Below are positions 24,785 to 36,677 of a stretch of DNA of 62,846 nt, in pieces. Under the pieces are notes generated by a model that saw nothing but the letters and a program-made list of their open reading frames with translations, had not been told where the DNA came from and searched no databases. Source of the stretch: Octopus sinensis (lineage: Eukaryota); the NCBI RefSeq assembly GCF_006345805.1, contig NW_021832135.1:1-62846 (forward strand). The letters run 5' to 3'. The position numbers and the translations under genes are program-made. Position 1 is the first letter of the stretch, and each line of letters opens with the position of its first letter.

Positions 24785-25612
24785 AATTGCTCAACCACTC
24801 AAATGTGGAAGTGATATATCTCGACTTTGCAAAGGCCTTGATAAAGTCGATCATGGAATGATACGTCACAAACTGCGTGATCTTGGCATAGTTGGAAAAT
24901 TGGGAGAATGGCTTCATGACTTTCTGAAGGATAGAAGTCAGGTGGTAGTAGCCAATGGGGCCGCCTGCATTAACACGCAAATGGTGAGCGGTGTTCCGCA
25001 GGGCACAGTTATGGGACTACTACTGTTCATAATGGCCATCTCGGACATGCCCTCAGCCACGCAGAGAGCCACGATCACAAGTTATGCAGATGATACAAAA
25101 GTTTCACAGGTAATACAGAACCCTGAAGACACTAAGCACCTGCAATGTGAGCTGGACAAAATATACAAGTGGGCTGAAAAGAATAGCATGCAGTTCAATG
25201 CTGAAAAGTTTCAAGCTTTATGCTATCAGCATGCAAAACTAAATGCAATACCCAATAAATACACTGGACCTGGAGGGATTGCAATCCCAGGGGCACAATC
25301 AGTGCGAGACCTGGGTATTTACATGAGTAATGATGCAACCTTTCATGTGCATGTTGCTAAATTGGTAATGAAATGTAGGCGGCTGACCGGATGGATTCTT
25401 AGAGCCTTTAGAACAAGAGACCAGGAAACCATGATGGTCCTCCGGAGGACACTTGTCCTAAGCCACTTTGACTATTGCTCTCAGCTATGGTCACCGTCCA
25501 GTGTCAAATTAATCATAGAACTTGAGGCGATCCAACGAAGCTACACAAAGAAGATAGCCTCTGTGCAGCATATAAGCTATTGGGAAAGACTCAAGAGATT
25601 AAGACTCTTAGA
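24785..25612 (+). mobile_element. CR1-type LINE reverse transcriptase fragment
   Basis: VIYLDFAKA/DKVDH (frameshift near 24838), SGVPQG, YADD, VRDLG, DYCSQLWSP, LEAIQR and YWERLKRLRL. Lies in the intron of paralog B. Confidence 0.92.
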
Positions 25613-25614
25613 GT

Positions 25615-25738
25615 CTTAATAAACAAAAGGCGAAGGCAGGTGGAGTACAAACAAAACAAATGTATTAGTATGGCGCCCAGGAATAGAAATAGAACAAGTC
25701 TTTTACGTTTCGAGCCTACGCTCTTCGACAGAAAGATG

Positions 25739-25769
<31 letters not shown>

Positions 25770-26128
25770 CACCGTGATCACCGTGACCGACCAGGGTATC
25801 AGATGTTGTTACACATCGCTTGTCACAATGCGATTCACACTGTTTTAGCCTTCAAATGACGCCACCCCGCTGGCTAAGCGAGCAGGCCGTATATATATAA
25901 CGCCATGATAGATCATTAGCTCCTACACGCATTTTTTCTCTCTTTTTTTTCTCTCCTTTTTATTCTCTCCTTTTTTCTCTCCTTGTTTCTTTCCTGTGTA
26001 TCTTTCTGTTGAAGAGCGTAGGCTCGAAACGTAAAAGACTTGTTCTATTTCTATTCCTGAGCGCCATACTAATACATTTGTTTGCTTGTACTCCACCTGC
26101 CTTCGTCTTTTGTTTATTTTCGTAAACC
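25615..26128. mobile_element. PLE-like family 3, inverted pair
   Basis: Copies at 25615-25740 and 25900-26128 in opposite orientation, separated by (TA)n and a SINE-tail fragment. Confidence 0.55.
26001..26038 (+). ncRNA. Hammerhead-fold motif with variant core CUGUNGAA
   Basis: UCUUU CUGUUGA A GAGC-guag-GCUC GAAA CG UA^AAAGA. Further minus-strand copies at 5054-5091, 25699-25736, 60429-60465 and 61649-61686. Confidence 0.5.
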
Positions 26129-26172
26129 TTCCCGTTATACACACACACACACACACACCACACACACACACA

Positions 26173-26203
<31 letters not shown>

Positions 26204-26212
26204 CACCACACA

Positions 26213-26274
<62 letters not shown>

Positions 26275-26481
26275 GGGATATTCTAAGTTTACGTATTTTC
26301 CTGATTCGTAAATATTGTTTGTTCATACAAAACATGAAACTGAAAGAAACCTTTATTATTTTTTAATACAAAACTTTCTGACACCTTAAGGGAACCAAAA
26401 AAAATTGTCTGAATGGTGTGTGTATGGCAGTTGTGGTGGCGATGGCGGTGGTATTGTAATGGGGATGGTTGAAAACAATCA

Positions 26482-26514
<33 letters not shown>

Positions 26515-27421
26515 AATAAGCTAGACAAAAAAAATCTGTACTGACGCCTTGAATAGGCAGACAAAAAAATGCTGTTTATCATGCAGCTTTGCAATAAGTT
26601 CCCAGACGACAGATTGTATCATTGTTTTGACGGAAATTGTGAAGAGCTATTGTTGAGCAGAAGGTCCAATGAAGAGCTCTCCTCAGGAGCTAGCTCAGAC
26701 GGCTTTTAAGCTCGTATCTTACATGTCCAACTCTAACTTTCCACATCCGTTTCTTCATAGCAATTTAACCCCCTCCTTCTTCTTGAGTCTTTACCTCCAC
26801 TATTCCTAATTACCCTTGGCGGCGAGCTGGCAGAAACGTTAGCACGCCGGGCGAAATGCGTTGCCAGTTACGCACTGGGGTCGATGTAATCGACTTAATC
26901 CGTTTGTCTGTCCTTGTTTGTCCCCCCCCCTGTGTTTAGCCCCTTGTGGGTAGTAAAGAAATAGATATTTCGTTTGTGTTGATGTTCTGAGCTCAAATTC
27001 GGCGGAAGCCAATTTAAATTACGCACTGGGGTCGATATAATCGACTTAATCCGTTTGTCTGTCTTTCTTTGTCCTCTCTGTGTTTAGCCCCTTGTGGGTA
27101 GTAAAGAAATAGGTATTTTGTCTGTCTTCATGTTCTGAATTCAAATGCCACCAATGCCGACTTTGCTTTTCATCCTTTAAGGATCGATAAAATTAGAATA
27201 AATTGAACCCTGAGTCGATGTAATCGACTTAACCCCTCCCTGATAGTAGTGGACTTCTAAAATTTGAAATTGATGTTGCAGTATAACTAATCCATGATAT
27301 AATTGTTGTTTTAAACTTGAATATCTTTTAATTAACATTATTAATGCTTCTTGTGATTACCTTAATTAATAACTTTTTTTCCCTTATTTTCAGATCTCCA
27401 CGTCCTCTATAAACTGCCATC

Positions 27422-28204
27422 ATGAACATGTCCATTCTTGCCCTGGCTGTTTTCGCCTCCGTATTCCTTTTGGTAAACAGTTCAGTAATACCCCACGGTG
27501 AACACTATGGTGAACACTATGGAAAAGAAGGCCACGATGAAGCCCACCATGGTGTAGCTTCTGCTGAACACGTAGCAAACAACGCCTACGCTGAACACGG
27601 TGAACACGGTGTGAAAGCCGCCTACGACGTCGGTTTCCGCAACCATGAACACGATCACGTGGACAACTATGGACACCATGAACACGACGAGGACCACGAC
27701 AAACACAAGGACGACATGTTGGAAAAATATGGAAACTTTGTTGCTCATGCTGGCCACAACGCATACGGCGGTGAACACAGTGCTGTAGCTGGGCACGCTG
27801 CTGCGTACGGTGCTGAAGGTGGACATGGCGCATATGCTGGTCCCGGTTATGATGGAAATGCAGGTTACGGAGGTTTTGGCGGGTACGGTTTCGCTGGTCG
27901 TGGTGCTCTAGCAAGTGGCCTTGTTGGTCACGGTGGTGTTGTTGGTCACGGTGGCCTTGTTGGTCACGGTGGTGTTGTTGGTCACGGTGGACTTGTTGGT
28001 CACGGTGGTGTTGTTGGTCACGGTGGACTTGCTGGACACGGTGGATACGGCTATGGCGGTTTAGGTTATGGTGGATACGGTTATGGTGGAGCTGGCTATG
28101 ATGGACACGCTCTTGCAGGACACGGTTTTGGTGGACCTGGTTTTGATGGAAATGGTTTCGGTGGATACGGTTACGCTGGTCTTGGTGGACATGGCCACTA
28201 TTAA
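27422..28204 (+). CDS. Secreted His/Gly-rich structural protein, paralog B (260 aa)
   Basis: Intact ORF nearly identical to paralog A: 7 instead of 8 hexapeptides, plus L22I, two H>N changes and one G>S. Acceptor cccttattttcag ends at 27393. AATAAA at 28287 and 28297. Confidence 0.93.
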   Translation: MNMSILALAVFASVFLLVNSSVIPHGEHYGEHYGKEGHDEAHHGVASAEHVANNAYAEHGEHGVKAAYDVGFRNHEHDHVDNYGHHEHDEDHDKHKDDMLEKYGNFVAHAGHNAYGGEHSAVAGHAAAYGAEGGHGAYAGPGYDGNAGYGGFGGYGFAGRGALASGLVGHGGVVGHGGLVGHGGVVGHGGLVGHGGVVGHGGLAGHGGYGYGGLGYGGYGYGGAGYDGHALAGHGFGGPGFDGNGFGGYGYAGLGGHGHY

Positions 28205-28286
28205 ACAGGACTTTAAAAAAATGAGAACTCTCTAATTCAAAAGATAAATATCAATCCATAATACAATTTGGTGCTGTTTGTTATTA

Positions 28287-28302
28287 AATAAAAATTAATA
28301 AA
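28287..28302 (+). terminator. Polyadenylation signals, paralog B
   Basis: AATAAA at 28287-28292 and 28297-28302. Confidence 0.6.
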
Positions 28303-29476
28303 TCAATATCCTTGTTACTAGTAGTTATTATTCGCCATGCGGTGCTCCAGCATGGCCGCAGTCAAATGACTGAAACAAGTAAAAGAGGAAAAAAATAAAA
28401 GAGAAATATTGCAGCGACCTCATGGAATCGTTAAAGAATCGGAAAAATGCTTTGCATTATTAGTTCCGGCTCTTTAGGTTCTATTCCCGTCGAGGTCAAC
28501 TTTGCCTTTCATTTGATTTTTATTGTGGTCGATAAAATAAAGTACCAATCAAGTACTGGGGCCAATTTAATCGATTAAACCCTTTACTCTAAAACTGCAG
28601 GCCCTGTGTCAAAATTTCTCTTCTTTTCATTTGTTTATTATTTTGTTTATTTTCACGAATATAACAGATCAATGTATTTAATTAATACCAACGTTAGCAC
28701 CAGTATTGTAGCTGTTGTTATTGTTCTTTACCATATCAACATTGATTGAACACATCTAAGGTCAGAGACACTCCAGCCACGACCGTCCCAATTTTTTAGG
28801 GGTATTTTATTAATTTCTTTTCCTAAGGCGGCAGGCAGGGCGTGTCATGAGGGAGACTTTTGTTCCTTGTTCTAGTAGGGCGAACGGCAGCGTAGTAATC
28901 CCTTCATTGGCTAGGATCGTCGTTATCATTGCCGTTTCAGCCCTTATAAGCCCTGATTCATCAAAATTTCGATGAATGGCAAGCCAGCCATGACCATCAC
29001 GATTTTACGAGAAAATAAAAAAAAATATATTGGTCATTGTGACCTTTCATTGTTGAAGACGGTAGGCTGAGTCTGATTTTAGTGGAAACTAATCATTAGT
29101 TAGAGTGGGGCTTGTCTTTTTTTTTTTTGGCCCAGAAAATCAAAAACATATCGGGAATAATAAACAAGCAGACTCATCATATAAGATACAGATTGTTTAT
29201 TAGTAGGTCTGGGTATTTCTTTTAGTGGAATTTAACGTTAGGGGGCTCAGGAGGTCTCTTTGTTATACTCTTTTACTCTTTTACTTGTTTCAGTCGTTTG
29301 ACTGTGGCCATGCTGGAGCACCGCTTTTATTCGAGCAAATCGATCCCATGACTTATTCTTTGTAAGCCTAGTACTTATTCTATCGGTCGCTTTTGCCGAA
29401 CCGCTAAGTGACGGGGACGTAAACACACCAGCATCGGTTGTCAAGCAATGCTAGGGGAACAAACACAGACACACAA

Positions 29477-29531
<55 letters not shown>

Positions 29532-29803
29532 CATATATACGACAGGCTTCCTTCAGTTTCCGTCTACCAAATTCACTCACAAGGCTTTGGTCGGCCCGAG
29601 GCTACAGTAGAAGGCACTTGCCCAAGGTGCCACGCAGAGGGACTGAACTCGGAACCAAGTAAGCTACTTGCCACACAGCCACTCCTACGCCTTCAGTCAA
29701 ATGACTGAAACAAGTAAAAGAGTAAAAGAGCAAGAAGATATTTTGTTGATGTTGTCCAAATTGGGAAGTGAGGAAATGTTTAGGTAAATGGATTTATAGT
29801 AAA

Positions 29804-30098
29804 CTAGCAATATCGTCCGGCGTTGCTCGGGTTTGTAATGGAAATAACTATATAAGCATTTTTAGAGCGTTATAGCCAAAAAATAGTAAAAAAATGCATT
29901 AAAAATGGGGAAAAATGATGGTAATTTTTTTTTAAATCGTAGACTCATCGTAGTCGCGCGATAATACCCAGAAGGGCTCGATATGAATCACGACTATAAG
30001 ATACCCGGTTTTGGTTAAACTGCACCGCAAAATGTGGGAGTAGTTAGGAATCTAAATCGTAGGAGACAGACACACAACTTCACTTTTATATATAAAGA
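29804..30098 (-). mobile_element. Non-autonomous Helitron-like element (295 bp)
   Basis: 5' A|TCTTTATATATAAAAG; 3' GC-rich hairpin CCCGAGCAACGCCGGA followed by CTAG|T; no TSD. Confidence 0.75.
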
Positions 30099-30287
30099 TG
30101 TAAATTTAACTGGAGATGCGTTCACATTTAATATTAATCAATGTCATATTAGATTCGTCATCGTTTCGAATCTGACTACTTACTGTGCGTATGATGATTC
30201 GTTATCGGTTGTCAGATATCGGCATGGATCAGCAAACAGTTTATCACAAAGCCACCGGCTCTTCTTAGATTCATTGGTCTGGATACT

Positions 30288-30331
30288 TCTGGCTGATGAG
30301 AGATAGCATGTCGAAACAGCGGTGTCCCAGA
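30288..30331 (+). ncRNA. Type I hammerhead ribozyme, canonical core
   Basis: UCUGG CUGAUGA GAGAU-agc-AUGUC GAAA CA-gcgg-UG UC^CCAGA: 5-bp stem I, stem II with one mismatch, GUC cleavage site after 30326. Confidence 0.8.
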
Positions 30332-30482
30332 TTCCGTTGAATTAACGAATAGAATGTGCTACGAATACGTATTGGTCGTAAAGGAGAAGCTGTTCCCATG
30401 TGACAAATACAACAGCTATAAGCATATTTACGTTCGGATCAGCCAGAACGTTTTAAGAATGAATACGCAAGCAATCACAATT

Positions 30483-30526
30483 TCTGTCTGACGAGACATA
30501 GCATGTCGAAACAGCGGTGACCTGGA
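30483..30526 (+). ncRNA. Second tandem hammerhead, probably inactive
   Basis: CUGACGA GACAU-agc-AUGUC GAAA, 195 nt after the first. The triplet is mutated to GAC and stem I is broken. Confidence 0.55.
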
Positions 30527-30885
30527 TTCCGTTGAATTAACGAATAGAATGAGCTACGAACACGTATTGGTCGTAAAGGAGAAGCTGTTCTCATGTGACA
30601 AATACAACAGCTATAAGCATATTTATGTTCGGATCAGCCAGAACGCTTTAAGAATGAATATGCAAGCAATCACAATTTTTTTGTTTTGTTTTTGTTATGT
30701 TACTCTTTGGTTACCAAATATGGTGATGTCATCCACAAACAAGCTAGAAATTTCCAGCTAGTTTTCACTTTAAAGACTATAATTCGTTGCAAACAAACAA
30801 CATCATCTGTAAGACTGAAAGTAAGTCATTTAAGCTGAAACATCGGCTGTCTACTACGAAAAGCAATAAATATTTTATCGTCAGA

Positions 30886-31392
30886 CTAGCACTCTGACCC
30901 AACAACACCGGGTCATAATGCTAGTGCATGCATATATAGCTGCGTGCGTGCGCACATACACGCGAGTACTGTCCAAATCTCTGACCACTCACAAACAGCT
31001 AGCTGGCATTCAATTGGCGTATCAAGTTTCGGGTATTTTGATTGGGTTTTGGATAGAAAATTCATGAAAAAGTCACTTCTATTGATTTTTTAAAATGGCT
31101 TTGTGGGGTGACTGGGGAAATGTAAAGACGTGCACGACCACCCTTGGACGGGTTTGAATTACCATAGAAAGTTCGAGCCCTCTAACTGAAAAAATGTGGA
31201 TTTGTATAAAGGACACGCACACAGACAGACATTTTGCCGTTTATATATATAGAGATTTGTGGGGTTACTGGGGAAATGTAAAGATGTGCACGACCACCCT
31301 TGGACGGTTTTAAATGACCATAGAAAGTGCGAGCTCTCTAACTGAAAAATTGTGGATTTGTATAAAGGACACACACAGATAGACATTTTGCC

Positions 31393-31400
<8 letters not shown>
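30886..31400 (-). mobile_element. Helitron-like element with duplicated 5' end
   Basis: 3' hairpin TGACCC..GGGTCA plus CTAG|T at 30886; 5' A|TCTCTATATATA at 31255; a ~145-bp tandem copy of the 5' part runs to ~31400. Confidence 0.55.
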
Positions 31401-31423
<23 letters not shown>

Positions 31424-31426
<3 letters not shown>

Positions 31427-32552
31427 CAACGCAAAACAGTATCATAGGCTACATAAGTTATCATGTGATCACGTGATGGACCAGATTATCAGATGTTGTC
31501 TTACATCGCTGGTCACAATGCGCTTTGCATAATTTTAGCTTTCAAATGATGCTACTCTACTGCATAGGTAGTCACGTAGGCCAACAATCCCCTGATCGGA
31601 AGATTAATTTGTCGCAGGCTTACCCATTTACAGCTGGAGACTAGAGCATCGCGAAATAGAGTATTTTGCTCAAGAACACAGCGCGTAGCCGGTTGGGGAG
31701 TCAAACCACGCCCTCACGATCGTGAGTGCCCTACACCTTACCACTGAGCCACGCACCTTCACATACATAAGTTGATAGTAATATGTTTTACAATATGTTT
31801 TAGGCGCAGGAATGGCTGTGTGGTAAGTAGCTTGCTTACCAACCACATGGTTCCGGGTTCAGTCCCACTGCGTGGCATCTTGGGCAAGTGTTTTCTACTA
31901 TAGCCTCGAGCCGACCAAAGCCTTGTGAGTGGATTTGGTAGACAGAAACTGAAAGAAGCCCGTCGTATATATATATATAATATATATATATTACAACGCA
32001 AAACAGTATCATAGGCTACATAAGTTATCATGTGATCACGTGATGGACCAGATTATCAGATGTTGTCTTACATCGCTGGTCACAATGCGCTTTGCATAAT
32101 TTTAGCTTTCAAATGATGCTACTCTACTGCATAGGTAGTCACGTAGGCCAACAATCCCCTGATCGGAAGATTAATTTGTCGCAGGCTTACCCATTTACAG
32201 CTGGAGACTAGAGCATCGCGAAATAGAGTATTTTGCTCAAGAACACAGCGCGTAGCCGGTTGGGGAGTCAAACCACGCCCTCACGATCGTGAGTGCCCTA
32301 CACCTTACCACTGAGCCACGCACCTTCACATACATAAGTTGATAGTAATATGTTTTACAATATGTTTTAGGCGCAGGAATGGCTGTGTGGTAAGTAGCTT
32401 GCTTACCAACCACATGGTTCCGGGTTCAGTCCCACTGCGTGGCATCTTGGGCAAGTGTTTTCTACTATAGCCTCGAGCCGACCAAAGCCTTGTGAGTGGA
32501 TTTGGTAGACAGAAACTGAAAGAAGCCCGTCGTATATATATATATATATATA
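31424..32552 (+). repeat. 567-bp direct tandem duplication bounded by (TA)n
   Basis: Units start at 31424 and 31991 and appear identical apart from TA length. Confidence 0.9.
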
Positions 32553-32554
32553 TA

Positions 32555-33824
32555 CGAGGGGCGTTCAATAAGTAATGCCCCTGACCCACTTACCATAGCA
32601 GTAGAGCAACGACACTTGGCACAGTTATTAGTCTTTTCCTACATAGGAACTACCCAGAGTTATGCATTTCTCCCATCGTTTGATACAGCTCTGGAGACCG
32701 TTTTTGTAGAAGACCCCAGCTTGGTCCTCCAACCACGACGTGACTTCAGAAATCAAGGCTGCATCATCTGGGAAACGCTTTCCTTTCAAAATCAACTTCA
32801 TGGCTGGGAAGAGGTGAAAATCAGAGGGTGCAAGGGGAGGAGTTCATAGCTGCACGCCTGTGCTTCTGATCTGGCGACACGCGAGTTGTGGACCGGAGCG
32901 TTGTCCTGCAGGAGGAGGATGCCTTTGCTGATCTTGCCCCGCCTCTTGATTTTGATAGCTTCTCTTAATTTCCTCAAAAGTGAAGCATAATAGGCTCCTG
33001 TAATTGTGGTACCCTTTGCCAGGAAATCTGTCATTACTACTCCGTCCTGGTCCCAGAAGACTGTGAGCATAACCTTGTCAGCGGAGGGCTGCACCCTTGC
33101 CTTCTTTAGAGGAGGTGAGTCACGGTGCTATCACTGCATTGACTGGGCTTTGGTCTATGGATCATAGTGATGGACCCAGGTTTTATCCTGTGTGATCAGT
33201 CTTTTGAAAAATTTTGACTCATCTTCTTGGCACATCTCCAAATTCATCCTCGAGCACTCAACGCGTTTTTGCTTCTGGAAAGGTGTGAGCAACCTGGAAA
33301 TCCATCTGGCAGACACCTTTTGCATATGCAAATGGTCATGAATGATAGTTTCCACAGACCCGGTACTAATCTTGACCTTATGGGCTATTTGGCGAATAGT
33401 TATGCGTTGACCTTCCAAAATGGCAGCCTCAACTTGACGGACAGACGTCTCATCAACGGCAAAAGGGGGCGACCAGATCTGGGAGCTGTTTCCACAGAGT
33501 TCCGACTATGTTTGAATTCACAATGCCAGCGTTTTACAAGGTCATATGATGGGGCATCATCACCATAAGTTACTTTCATTTCATCAAAAGTCTCCCGTGG
33601 TGTGCATCCTTTCATATACAAAAACCAGAACACTGCTCGACACTCAACAGGCTCTATTTCACACTTGACTCAGTTCAAACACCTGTAAATCAGAAACCAC
33701 AATTAGTTCAGAGCTGTAATTCGCCACTTAATCTATAGAGGTATAAATAAGTGCACATGCAAAATTTCAGCTAAATCAAACAAATGAAAGTGGGTCAAGG
33801 GCATTACTTATTGAACGCCCCTCG
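32555..33824 (-). mobile_element. Full-length (1270 bp) mariner transposon, defective transposase
   Basis: 37-bp TIRs CGAGGGGCGTTCAATAAGTAATGCCC(C/T)TGACCCACTT with 1 mismatch; TA TSD. Mariner motifs RSGRP, WISRLL, WVHHYDP, KVMLTVFWD and LLQDNAPVH. Start codon mutated to ATA (33655-33657), frameshifts, and the YSPD motif is deleted. Nested in the (TA)n of a SINE. Confidence 0.95.
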
Positions 33825-34517
33825 TATATATATATATATTTATATGTATGTATATGTATATGTTTGTGTGTCTGCGTTTGTTCCCCCAACATCGCTTGAC
33901 AACCGATGCTGGTGTGTTTACGTCCCCGTAACTTAGCAGTTCGGCAAAAGAGACCGATAGAATAAGTATTAGGCTTACAAAGAATAAGTCTTGGGGTCGA
34001 TTTGCTTGCCTAAAGGCGGTGCTCCAGCATGGTCACAGTCAAATGACTGAAACAAATAAAAGAAAAGAAAAGAAAAAAGAGAATATTCGACAATGTGTAT
34101 ACCAGCTGTGATATCTTAAAAGCTAAACTGAGTTCCTGTATAATTATAAATGCTCATCAGCAACCTTAATGGTCTTGTTTACGAGTGGTGAGCTTTGTAT
34201 GCGCTATGAGGGCTGAATGAAGGTGGTTTTTTTAAAAGCAGTTATGACGTCACCATTGCTGGTCTTTTCTACTGAAGGCACAGGACCAGAATTTTGAGGG
34301 AGGGCTTTAGTCGATTACATTGCCCCTAGTACTTGACTGGTATTTATTTTATCGACCACCGAAAGAACAAGAGTCAACCTCGGTGATATTTGAACTCAGA
34401 ACGTAAAGCCGGAAGACATCACCATAGGTAATGCAATCAGAAGTAATTTCTGAATATTCTGGGGAAACGGACTTCACTCGGAGTTTCAGATAAAAGTCAT
34501 TAATTCTTTCAAATATA

Positions 34518-34742
34518 TTGGGTTGTCCGGAAAGTTCGTGCCGATTTATAGTATCTTACCTTTCGACTTACTTTCCCAGGCACCTCAATTCTGGGAAGAG
34601 GGTATTTTCAAGTTAAAGGAAAGATAGAGACGCATTATGCAACAAAATGGTTAATATTTGGTTGATTAAAAATGTAATGGCAAGTATTTATTGACCTTTT
34701 TCTTTCCTTTAAAAGTTGGCACGAACTTTCCGGACAACCCAA
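34518..34742 (+). mobile_element. 225-bp MITE-like derivative of the second mariner family
   Basis: Both TIRs present, TA TSD; retains only the transposase 3' end. Confidence 0.9.
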
Positions 34743-34865
34743 TAGTTTTATACACGCCATATAAAAACCACCCAATGCATAAAGGTATTTAAATACTTAG
34801 GCTTAAATTAGATTGAGGTATGAATAAGCTGAGATGAAAATCAATTTAAGGCCTTTATTTATTAA

Positions 34866-35381
34866 CCCATTAACTGCCAAGTTGTTTTATTTATATTTTA
34901 TGGCTTTGCCAGGTATCTTAGGAGTTAAAATAATATGTTGTATTTAAAGTTTCGTCACCTGTGAATTATTTTGGAAATTATGATAAATTTTTCGAAAAAT
35001 CCCAAATAGGGATCGCTGAAAAAAAGTATATTTATCGTTTTCTGTTCAATCGCAATAATAATCATTTGAGTTTTTTTTAAACTATAGTATCAAATGCGAA
35101 CGTATATGAAATATCAGGGAATGATATAGATGGGAAAGGCTAAAGAAAAAAAAAAACGTTTTCAAAACAATATTTTTGTAGTTCAAAAACTGCGATTTAT
35201 GACATAAAATGTCCTCTAGAATTAGCCAGGGATAATAATGACAAACTTTAACTACTGAATTTTGTTAAACGCACCTCTGCAAATGCAATGTGTATAAGCA
35301 ATTCACTTTAAATACAACGAACAACCGGCAGTGAGACTATCTTTAACAGATCCCCATATGGGGCTCATGGTAAGCAATGGG
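34866..35381. mobile_element. piggyBac-like MITE
   Basis: TTAA|CCCATT ... AATGGG|TTAA; imperfect 14-bp TIR (10/14). Confidence 0.55.
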
Positions 35382-36624
35382 TTAATATCACCGACATCTT
35401 CTGGCAGGCTGTAGATATTCTAGTTTACTTGAGTATTTATAACAGGTGGAGCAGATTGTAATTGCAGTGTCTCGTTAAGATTAATTAATTTGTGTTATTA
35501 GTAGTAATTGCCAAAAGGCTGCAAGCTGGCAGAATTGTTAGCACGCCGGGCGAAATGCTTAGCCGTATTTCGTCTGCCGCTACGTTCTGAGTTCAAATTC
35601 CGCCGAGGTCGACTTTGCCTTTCATGTTTTTGGGGTCGATAAATTAAGTACCAGTTACGCATTGGGGTCGATATAATCGACTTAATCCGTTTGTCTGTCC
35701 TTGTTTGTCCTCTCTGTGTTTAGTCCGTTGTGGGTAGTAAAGAAATAGGTATTTCGTCTGCCGCTACGTTCTGGGTTCAAATTCCGCTGAGATCGGCTTT
35801 GCATTTCAGCCTTTCGGGGTCGATTAAATAAGTACCAGTTACGCACTGGGGTCGATGTAATCGACTTAATCCGTTTGTCTGTCCTTGTTTGTCCCCTCTA
35901 TGTTTAGCCCCTTGTGGGCAATAAAGAAATAAGAATCGTTAGCACGCAGGGAAAACTGCTTAGCGACATTTCGTCCGTCTTCATGTTCCGAGTTCAAATT
36001 CTGCCGATGTCGACTTTGCTTTCATCCTTTTGGAGTCGATAAATTAAATACCAGCGAAATACTGGGGTTGATCTAATCGACGCGTCCCCTTCTGCCAAAA
36101 TTTCAGGCCTTGTGCCTTTAATAGAAAGGATTATTATTAGTAATTGCAAAAAGGCGACAATCTGGCAGAATCGTCAGCACGATGAGAGAAATACTTAGCG
36201 GCTTTTGGTTCGTCTCTACGTTTTGAGTTCAAATTCTGCTGAGGCCGACTTAGTTTTTCATCCATACGGGGTCGATAAAATAAGTACCAGTTGAGTACTG
36301 AGGTCAATATAATCGATGTACCCCCTCCCTACGAAATTGTTGGTCTTATGAAAAAATTTGAAATTATCGTTATTAGTAATTGCAGAGAATAATTAAAAAC
36401 AGGAACTGCAGGATCTCGTTAAGAGTAAATTATTTGTATTATTAGTTTCATACAGTACAGGCGTAGGAGTGGCTGTGTGGTAAGTATATTGCTTACCAAC
36501 CACATGGTTCCGGGTTCAGTCCAACTACGTGGCACCTTGGGCAAGTGTCTTCTGCTATAGCCTCGGGCCGACCAAAGCCGTGTGATTGGATTTGGTAGAC
36601 GGAAACTGAAAGAAACCCGTCATA

Positions 36625-36677
<53 letters not shown>

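Larger units (their letters stand above)
30287..30678 (+). repeat. 195-bp tandem repeat (2 units), each starting with a hammerhead; retrozyme- or pLTR-like
   Basis: Units ~30287-30482 and ~30483-30678 align along their whole length with scattered substitutions. Confidence 0.75.

Noticed and set aside
24858-25619. 253-aa ORF as a host gene
   Set aside because: It is a CR1-type RT fragment, frameshifted at its 5' side and truncated by another element.
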